A stretch of 57,395 bases of DNA from a virus (lineage: Duplodnaviria; Caudoviricetes). Positions within the stretch are counted from its first letter, which is position 1. Every line of letters begins with the position of its first letter. The notes under the pieces are model-generated. The model saw nothing but the letters and a program-made list of their open reading frames with translations, searched no databases and was not told where the DNA came from. The stretch spans positions 1-57,395 of IMG/VR virus record IMGVR_UViG_3300036791_001261. The stretch is one strand, 5' to 3'. Of this stretch, positions 1-6,685 are shown piece after piece. Made by a program: the position numbers and the translations under genes.

Positions 1-10
1 ATGAGGTCGC

Positions 11-322
11 TCATCGGTTTTTGATCCACTGCTGTAACTGCGCCACTGCGGGCCACTCCTTCAAGACCCGCGCCTCCAGCCGGGGATCCGCCCGCCGGAT
101 GCGCATCTGGCTATCGAATACCAGGACGCCGGCACAGTGCCAGCAGAGGGTCACGGATCCGGGCTCGGGCACCGGCCGTGGCGGCAGGTCTTCTCCGCCC
201 GCGAAGCTGGCTCCCGTAACCGCGTCGAGCCGAGCGCCGCAATGCGGGCAGGCGCACTTGGGCAGGCCGTCGGTAGTGGCGATGACGGCGTTTCTCGCGC
301 GTTTAGCGTGCCGCTGGCTCAT
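11..322 (-). CDS. Zn-ribbon hypothetical protein (CPHC...CWHC)
   Basis: ATG at 322 overlaps the stop of 319..660; two CxxC pairs; paralogous to 940..1218. Confidence 0.7.
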   Translation of the reverse strand: MSQRHAKRARNAVIATTDGLPKCACPHCGARLDAVTGASFAGGEDLPPRPVPEPGSVTLCWHCAGVLVFDSQMRIRRADPRLEARVLKEWPAVAQLQQWIKNR

Positions 323-660
323 GGCTCCCCTTCGGGCATGACCCAGTCTCCCGGCCGGCCGGTGGGGCCGTGCCGCTTGCCGGTGATCTCGGCCCGGTAC
401 CTGCGAAAATCGGTGAGCAGTCCGGCAGCCTGTTCTCGGCCGGAACCGACGTGCTCGATCACCCACTGGAAGAGGAAGGCGTCGGTCTCGGCCGCCTCGG
501 CGGCTTCGAGTACGCCATAGCCATGAGCGCGGGCTTCCGCCGCCGTCAACTGGCCCAGGATCTTGCCGTTCAGGAGCAGTTGCACGAAGGGCTCGCCTTT
601 GGTGTTTACTCCACTCTGATACCCGAGCACGACATCGGGAAGTTTTTCAGATGCGCTCAT
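319..660 (-). CDS. Hypothetical protein
   Basis: 113-aa ORF, globular composition, ATGA-coupled to neighbour. Confidence 0.7.
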   Translation of the reverse strand: MSASEKLPDVVLGYQSGVNTKGEPFVQLLLNGKILGQLTAAEARAHGYGVLEAAEAAETDAFLFQWVIEHVGSGREQAAGLLTDFRRYRAEITGKRHGPTGRPGDWVMPEGEP

Positions 661-693
661 TTCTCGAACCCCCTCTGCGGCGCCACCGCCGCA

Positions 694-921
694 TTAGGGC
701 TTGACCTCCTTTTGCAAATCGCGGCAGTCGCCGCAGAAGCACTTCGCCCCGACACGCGGCGGATTACCGCCCAGGAACAGCGGCTCGTGGCCGCATTCGA
801 GTCTCGCTTCGTGTACATTCTCGACTATCGGAATCGGACGCCAGAGGGCCTCCACGCGCCGCTGAAATCGCGGATCGTGGAAATCAGGATCGTCGCTCTT
901 GACCAGGCCCGGCCAGTCCAC
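694..921 (-). CDS. Small Cys-containing hypothetical protein
   Basis: LECGH...CFCGDC motif; fits operon spacing. Confidence 0.55.
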   Translation of the reverse strand: MDWPGLVKSDDPDFHDPRFQRRVEALWRPIPIVENVHEARLECGHEPLFLGGNPPRVGAKCFCGDCRDLQKEVKP

Positions 922-939
922 CTTATTCGAATGCTCCTT

Positions 940-1218
940 TCACCCGGCCATGTGCTTGAGGAAGTGAATCGCCCCCACCAGCTGCGCGACCTCGTCCATC
1001 CAGGCCTGGTCGGCTACCAGCTCGTCCATCTCGGCTTCGGTCATGCCGCGCAGCTTGAGATTCTCGTCGAGCTTCATGACCGCGCCGCAGCGGAGACAGA
1101 CCGCGATGTCCCCAGGTGCGGGCTTGGCCTCGGCGCCGTCGGGGGTTCCGAGGGCGTCCATGGGCCGGCCGCAGCTCAGGCAGCGGCATTCGGGAATCTG
1201 GACGTGGTCCTTACCCAT
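940..1218 (-). CDS. Zn-ribbon hypothetical protein (CLSC...CLRC)
   Basis: PAPGDIAVCLRCGAVMKLD resembles PEPGSVTLCWHCAGVLVFD of 11..322. Confidence 0.7.
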   Translation of the reverse strand: MGKDHVQIPECRCLSCGRPMDALGTPDGAEAKPAPGDIAVCLRCGAVMKLDENLKLRGMTEAEMDELVADQAWMDEVAQLVGAIHFLKHMAG

Positions 1219-1477
1219 GACTTAGCTTTCCCCTCCCCCGCGCCAGCACGTCCGTCTTGAATGACAAGATTTCGTCCCGTAGCGCCCGCATCTGCGCCAG
1301 ATCCGCCTCCGTCGGCTCGCTCTCGGACGTGAGTGTCTCGATGACGGAGTCGAAAAGCGAGATGGCGCCGGCATAGAACGTCAGCCGGACCGACTCCACC
1401 TGCAGGCGCGAGGCGTCCGCCGGAAGCGATTCGCGCCGGAAGCGATTCCATTGTTCGAGAATCAGTCGCCGCGTCAT
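1211..1477 (-). CDS. Hypothetical protein
   Basis: 88-aa helical ORF with FYAGA motif; overlapping operon layout. Confidence 0.65.
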   Translation of the reverse strand: MTRRLILEQWNRFRRESLPADASRLQVESVRLTFYAGAISLFDSVIETLTSESEPTEADLAQMRALRDEILSFKTDVLARGRGKLSHG

Positions 1478-1701
1478 TCCGCCTCCGGTTTTCGGTCCCT
1501 CGAGACTTCGTAGAAAGCAGCGGGCAGTTTAGGCCCGGCATATCGATTCATTGCGGCTTCGACTTCTTCGCGGTGGGCATCTGTGTACGCGCCGCATTCT
1601 TCGGCTGTTTTGCAGTTTGCTCCGGTGATGGTGTTATAAAAGCGCACAACGTCGCTTTCCCAAAAATGCGGTTCTCTCGATTGTCGATGCCGTTGCCTCA
1701 T
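1474..1701 (-). CDS. Hypothetical protein
   Basis: GGAG RBS, ATGA overlap with the next gene. Confidence 0.6.
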   Translation of the reverse strand: MRQRHRQSREPHFWESDVVRFYNTITGANCKTAEECGAYTDAHREEVEAAMNRYAGPKLPAAFYEVSRDRKPEAE

Positions 1702-1725
1702 GCTCCCTCCGTCATCCTCACGGAA

Positions 1726-1938
1726 TTACTGGGGCTCCGCCCAGGTCACGGTGACTAGGACCATGTCGTTGCCCTTTTCGGGTGAGGCTTCGACGGTAAC
1801 CATTACGCCGTGTCTTCGCACGCCCGGACGGGCAGTGTCGTAACTGGCGAATGCCCCTGGTTGAAACGGGATTACGGTATGGCCGTCTTCGTCTATCTCT
1901 AGGGCCGATGTCAGAAAGGTGTCGCGGTAGCGATTCAT
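1726..1938 (-). CDS. Hypothetical protein
   Basis: 70 aa with GGAGG RBS. Confidence 0.5.
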   Translation of the reverse strand: MNRYRDTFLTSALEIDEDGHTVIPFQPGAFASYDTARPGVRRHGVMVTVEASPEKGNDMVLVTVTWAEPQ

Positions 1939-2149
1939 CTGCGCCCCCTCCCCAGCGGGCGTGTCCCGCCGGACGCCCGGAGCCGCGCACCCTGGGGAGT
2001 AGACGCGGGCCCGGTGTCCGGATTAGATGTGGAACTCGATAACGGTAACCCGACTCTCGACCCCGGCGCAAGAGATTCCCGCAAGTCACCGGAGGGCCAA
2101 TGTAGCGGGTTTCACATTTTGCGCTGATTTTATCAGCCGGTTCTCGAGA

Positions 2150-2377
2150 CTAGCGGCGCCTCTTCCGGCCCAGCCCGCGCGGCGCGGCGCGCAACCGCTC
2201 GGCCCGGGACTTCGCCGTGCGCGAGCGCTCGAGCGTGGCGGGGTCGCCGGGGACGCGCGCGGGCGGCTCCGGATCGCCGGCCAGATAATTCCCCGTGCCG
2301 GGCATGCCGAAGATCTCGCCCTTCACCCGCTTGCGGCGGGTCTGGACAAAGGCCTCGGCTTGCTCGCGGCGGGCCAT
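2150..2377 (-). CDS. Small basic hypothetical protein, possibly leaderless
   Basis: TATAAT 7 nt before the ATG at 2377; Arg-rich C-terminus GRKRRR. Confidence 0.4.
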   Translation of the reverse strand: MARREQAEAFVQTRRKRVKGEIFGMPGTGNYLAGDPEPPARVPGDPATLERSRTAKSRAERLRAAPRGLGRKRRR

Positions 2378-2586
2378 GGCCTGGATTATAGCGCCGGGGC
2401 CGTTAGACCGATCTGTTGAGGGCCGGACCCCGGCATGCATCAGCTCAATAGAGTTGTGAACGATTGTAGCGCGAGGGCCGTGGCGAAGGGGTTTACTTCG
2501 GGTTTCGCCATATTGTCCTCCGAAACTCGAATATCGTTGGAACACTAAAGGCTAATGTAACGCGCGCGCGAAGATCATAAAACCGG

Positions 2587-2729
2587 TGAGAGAGTTGAGA
2601 GAGTGAGAGAGTAAGAATACCAGAATACCGCGATACCGGTACCCCCCCCCTACCGGGTCTATCACTAAAACGCACTCTCTCAACTCTCTCAATAAATCTT
2701 TAACTCTCTCAACCCTCTCAACTCTCTCA
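2587..2729. repeat. Inverted iteron arrays; probable replication origin
   Basis: TGAGAGAGT x3 (2587, 2596, 2604) facing ACTCTCTCA x5 (2674, 2683, 2703, 2712 with 1 mismatch, 2721), with a C9 tract between; directly downstream of the primase-helicase. Confidence 0.75.
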
Positions 2730-4541
2730 CTCGTAGGCTTCCGGGGGTTCGTCTTCTCCCGGTAAGTTATAGTTGCCGTAGCCGGTACGGAGCACCAGCC
2801 CCAGTTCACACAGGGCCGCGAGCTGGCGGTTGATGCTCGAAATCGGCTTATGTAGCTCCTTGGCGATGGCTGAGGGACTCAAGCCTGGGGAGGTTTTGAC
2901 TTTGCCGGTTTTGCGGTCCCGGGCGGGCCGGCACTTGTCGCGCAGCAGCTGCAGGATGTCCTGGCGCGCGTCCGACTGGGTGACCTCGTCGCCTTCGCCG
3001 GTGATGGTCCAGGCGGCCGACGACTGGGCCCGCACCAGGCCGAACACGTTGTTGGGCACCTCGCGGCCGGTGACCGAGAGCGTGGCCTTGCCGTCGGGGG
3101 TGCGCTGCAGGACCCACACCGCGTCGGCGGCGGCGGTGGTGCCGCTGGTGCCCTGGATCAGGTCCAGGAAATCGCCCGAGGCCTTGCGCGTGTGGGCGAT
3201 CAGCACGAGCGCGATCGAGTGCTTGACCGCCAGCTCGCGCAGCGCGCGGACGAGGTTGTAGTCGTTCTGCATAAGGTCCATGTTTTTGCGGCCCGCCTGC
3301 TGTGCCGCCGCGAGCAGCGAGTCGACGATGAGCAGGTCCACCGGCTCGCGCGTGAGCGACTGGTCCAGTTGCTCCGCCCCGCCCGCCAGCAGCGGCGCCA
3401 GTTCGTATTGCAGGTCCAGGCCGTGCAGGTAGCTCGCATCCGGCACCAGGTGGCGCAGGCGCTTTTTGAGCTGCGGCTTGCGGTCCTCGAGCGAGACGTA
3501 CAGGCAGCGGTATTTTTTGGGGACCGCCAGATAGCCGCCCACCTTGAGCTGGTTCACCAGCGCGATCGCCAGCTGCAGCGCGAACCAGCTCTTGCCCATC
3601 TTGGGGCGTCCCCCCAGGATCGTCAGGCCGGGGTAGAGAATCGGCTCGATGAGCGGCGTCGGCTCCGGGCAGTCCGCGTCGTAGGAGGCCACCGCGTGCT
3701 CGCGCACCGGCGGCGCCAGCACGGCGGGCACGTCGATGACGGGCGCGGGCTGGTGCGCCGGCCCCGGCGTGTAGTTGCACACCGAGCGCGCGTACTGCTC
3801 GATGTGCTCGCGCGGCCCCGGCTTCTCGCAGCGCTTCTGGTTGACCTCCCACAGCGCCTCCACAATCTCCTGGTAGCCCATCCAGGCGGCCCGCATCTTG
3901 CCCGCGAGCGAGACCAGATATTTGTGTTGCTCGCCGTAGGGGATTTTTTCTGGTAGATGGAATTGGCGCCGCCCGCCGTTGGGCGCCGCGCCGTTCGCGG
4001 CTTGGGTCACCCATTCGATGAGCCACGGATCGGCCGGCTGCGGCGGCTCTTCGAGAATGCTCTGGCGGACCGTGTCCCAGGTGTACCGGTTGCCCGACGG
4101 ATGAATGGACGGTTCGACCACCACGTAGTTGTTTTCGCCGCGCGCGTCGATGCCCGGATAGTCGTCGTAAAGCGGCGCCTTGCCCACGATCACGGCCTGC
4201 TCCGGCTGCAGATAGAAACGCTGCGAGCCGCCTCCGCCGGTCTTCTGCATCAGGGTGTCGCGCAGCGCGCCGTGGGCCGCCACCAGGCGCATCAGCGATT
4301 GGTCGCCGCCGTGGGCCGGGTCGACGTCCAGTACCCAAAAGAAAACCCCGGTGCGGAGCGCCACGTTGGCCGTGGGCCACTTCTTCCACCAGGCCCGGAT
4401 CTGGGCTTCGTCCGTGGTGGCATCGAGCGATCCGTGCTGGGTCAGCGGCTGCTTGGCGCGCGGCTTGGCTGGTAACACCGGCCAGTGGAGGCGTTGGGCG
4501 TAAAACAGGGCGGCGCGTAACAGCGGATTCTTCTCCGGCAC
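2727..4541 (-). CDS. Bifunctional Prim-Pol primase + PriCT + RepA/AAA_25-type helicase + C-terminal wHTH
   Basis: ANVALRTG..VLDVD, DARGENNYVVVEPSIHPSG; Walker A GRPKMGKS, Walker B LLIVDS, HTRK; C-terminal HTH SPSAIAKELHKPISSINRQL. Confidence 0.9.
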   Translation of the reverse strand: MPEKNPLLRAALFYAQRLHWPVLPAKPRAKQPLTQHGSLDATTDEAQIRAWWKKWPTANVALRTGVFFWVLDVDPAHGGDQSLMRLVAAHGALRDTLMQKTGGGGSQRFYLQPEQAVIVGKAPLYDDYPGIDARGENNYVVVEPSIHPSGNRYTWDTVRQSILEEPPQPADPWLIEWVTQAANGAAPNGGRRQFHLPEKIPYGEQHKYLVSLAGKMRAAWMGYQEIVEALWEVNQKRCEKPGPREHIEQYARSVCNYTPGPAHQPAPVIDVPAVLAPPVREHAVASYDADCPEPTPLIEPILYPGLTILGGRPKMGKSWFALQLAIALVNQLKVGGYLAVPKKYRCLYVSLEDRKPQLKKRLRHLVPDASYLHGLDLQYELAPLLAGGAEQLDQSLTREPVDLLIVDSLLAAAQQAGRKNMDLMQNDYNLVRALRELAVKHSIALVLIAHTRKASGDFLDLIQGTSGTTAAADAVWVLQRTPDGKATLSVTGREVPNNVFGLVRAQSSAAWTITGEGDEVTQSDARQDILQLLRDKCRPARDRKTGKVKTSPGLSPSAIAKELHKPISSINRQLAALCELGLVLRTGYGNYNLPGEDEPPEAYE

Positions 4542-4543
4542 GG

Positions 4544-5191
4544 TTATTTCCTCAAGGTAGATAGATTGCAGCGCCGGCAGACGCAGCGCAAACGGGCGTG
4601 GATCGCGTGGTATTCGATCCAGCTCTGGGCGAGCGCGGGATCTTCCAGGTAGGAATTCTGCTCGTATTCCTTCCGGCGCACGATGGCGATGTCGTCAGGG
4701 GTCAGGTGTTCCGACTGCAGCCAGCCTTTGATCAACTGCTCGAAGGTGGCGGGATGGGCGTGATCGACATGGCAGTGCTCGGCCGCGAGACTGGCCCCGC
4801 AGGTTTCGCAGGCGCCGCGATAATGCTCTTCCTTGAAGCGGCGCTTCTCCTCCGCGATCAGATGGCGCAGAACGCCTGCCAGCTTGCGCGCGGCCGATTT
4901 CGGGGAGAGCGAATTGCGCCAGGAAAAATCCCGCCTGCTTCCGTCCGTTCTGAGCACCAGAAAACGCCGCTGGTCGGCTTCGTGAAACGGCACCGGCTGC
5001 ACGTGGATCGAGCGGATGCCGCAATCCACGATGACGGCGCGCGAGGGGTGCATCTCGATCAGCGCGAGCGCGAACTCCAGATCCTCGCCGGTCAGCGCGC
5101 CCATGGGCGGGTATCTCCAGAACATCTCGCGGATATGGCACTCCGCCGCCGCCTTCGTGGTGAAGGCCTTCGGGCCGATGTGGAGAGACAT
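4544..5191 (-). CDS. DCL/DUF3223-like domain fused to a Zn/HNH-like C-terminus
   Basis: LIEMHP...CGI..I.V...FLVLRTDGSRRDFSW matches the DUF3223 pattern; CETC..HVDH...CRRCN. Confidence 0.65.
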   Translation of the reverse strand: MSLHIGPKAFTTKAAAECHIREMFWRYPPMGALTGEDLEFALALIEMHPSRAVIVDCGIRSIHVQPVPFHEADQRRFLVLRTDGSRRDFSWRNSLSPKSAARKLAGVLRHLIAEEKRRFKEEHYRGACETCGASLAAEHCHVDHAHPATFEQLIKGWLQSEHLTPDDIAIVRRKEYEQNSYLEDPALAQSWIEYHAIHARLRCVCRRCNLSTLRK

Positions 5192-5215
5192 CGTCTTGGC
5201 TCCCGTGTGGCATGG

Positions 5216-5602
5216 TCAAGGCCTGGGGTTGCGGGCGAGCCATTCGGCCAGCTCGTCCGGGTCGGCAATCACCAGCGTTTCGGTGTGCCAGTGGTCGCGC
5301 AGTTCGGCGATCTTCGCTTCCTGTGCCTCGCGGAGCTTCCCGCCGGGACGCTTGAATTCGAAAAAGAGATGCGGAAGTGCGTAATCCGGTGTGCCGGCCT
5401 CGTTCCCCTCCGTCCAGCGGACGGGAACCCGCACCCGGCGGCAGGCTTCCACTACCGCCCGGTCCGGCAAAATGAATCGGCCACATTGCAGGCGCAGCGG
5501 ATAGTAGTGGTGCCAGCGCAATAGTTCGAGCGACGTGCGCACCACGTCCCTCTCGGCGAGCTTGAGCTCCGGCGGGCGTAGGCGGAATTCCTCGTCGCTC
5601 AC
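5216..5602 (-). CDS. VRR-NUC-like PD-(D/E)xK nuclease / Holliday junction resolvase
   Basis: GTPD...FFEFKRPGGKLREAQ; GTG start overlapping the upstream stop. Confidence 0.75.
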   Translation of the reverse strand: MSDEEFRLRPPELKLAERDVVRTSLELLRWHHYYPLRLQCGRFILPDRAVVEACRRVRVPVRWTEGNEAGTPDYALPHLFFEFKRPGGKLREAQEAKIAELRDHWHTETLVIADPDELAEWLARNPRP

Positions 5603-5856
5603 AGCTCCTCCCAGAGACGGGTTTGCTGGGGCGCGCGGCCCTCTTGGCGGCGGATCTTGGCGCGCTTCTTGGCTTCTGCTGGCGAGCACAGGTGGTGCGG
5701 ATCGTCCTCCGGCAGCGCCTCGAAAAACTCCCGCTCCGGCGGCTCTTCCCCGCCCGCGCGATTCTTGCCGTGGAACTGGCCCCCGCAGCGGCAGCGGCAG
5801 GCCTTGTTCTTGGCCGTCTCGCAGCGCCCGGCCTGGCGATTCGAGAGGGCCCGCAT
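5599..5856 (-). CDS. Cys/His-rich hypothetical protein
   Basis: CETAKNKACRCRCGGQFHG. Confidence 0.65.
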   Translation of the reverse strand: MRALSNRQAGRCETAKNKACRCRCGGQFHGKNRAGGEEPPEREFFEALPEDDPHHLCSPAEAKKRAKIRRQEGRAPQQTRLWEEL

Positions 5857-6191
5857 CAGGCCACCTCCGTCGCCAATCCCTCAAACGCCCGGCGGCAGGA
5901 ATCGCACACGGGCGTCCGGGGTTCCCGCTCAATCTGGAGCCACGTGAGGCGCTTCTTTTTCCAGCGGCTGTTGAGGGTGACGCCGCACCACGCCTGCGCA
6001 TAGTCGGCGAGGCCCAGATGCCACCCGGTCTCGCCTGCCGGCTTGGCGAGGCGGAATGCATACTCGCCTTTCTGGATCCGGGTGATGAAGTGTTTCTGTA
6101 GATCGAGGACGGCCTGGTAGGATTTGGCCTGCGTGCAGCCCGGGCAGTCCAGCAGGTCGTCGATCTCGCGGAAGCAGCTGCGGCAGATCAT
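5856..6191 (-). CDS. Zn-finger hypothetical protein
   Basis: CRSC, CPGC, CDSC motifs; coupled to neighbours. Confidence 0.65.
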   Translation of the reverse strand: MICRSCFREIDDLLDCPGCTQAKSYQAVLDLQKHFITRIQKGEYAFRLAKPAGETGWHLGLADYAQAWCGVTLNSRWKKKRLTWLQIEREPRTPVCDSCRRAFEGLATEVA

Positions 6192-6685
6192 GACTTATCC
6201 CCCCGCCGGGCTTTTGCGACCATTAGCTCTGAAACAGGTTTTAGGTGGTCCTCTGGTACAAACCAGGCCCACCCATGCCCACCGGGATTTATCCAGAATT
6301 CTGGCTGCTTGGCGTCTTTCCCCCGAATCCATCCGATGATTTCGTAGCGTGGCAGATCCCCCCGCACCAGGACGAAGAAGCGGTCATTGTGATCCTTCTC
6401 GCGAACGATGAGATCGCGCTCCCGTCGCCAACGCACCTCGATGCGTTCTCCTACGTCGGCCACCCCGTTGGCGAACGTGTTGATGGAGGCGTTCCAGTTT
6501 AGGTTTAGTTGTTTGGCGACGGCTTTCTCGGCGCCGCCCGATTGGATGTGGTTCAGGATGCTGGGTTGTTCGGAGTGGGGCGGCGCTTCGATATTTTGGC
6601 GTATCGCCTCGGCCTCGCGGCGGGCTCCGACGAAGATCGCCTGCTCGCATTCATACCATTCGAGAGTGACCCACTGTGAGTTCAC
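6188..6685 (-). CDS. Phage hypothetical protein, restriction-endonuclease-like fold suspected
   Basis: GAEKAVAK.LN...ADVG..IEVR...GWI.G pattern. Confidence 0.65.
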   Translation of the reverse strand: MNSQWVTLEWYECEQAIFVGARREAEAIRQNIEAPPHSEQPSILNHIQSGGAEKAVAKQLNLNWNASINTFANGVADVGERIEVRWRRERDLIVREKDHNDRFFVLVRGDLPRYEIIGWIRGKDAKQPEFWINPGGHGWAWFVPEDHLKPVSELMVAKARRGDKS

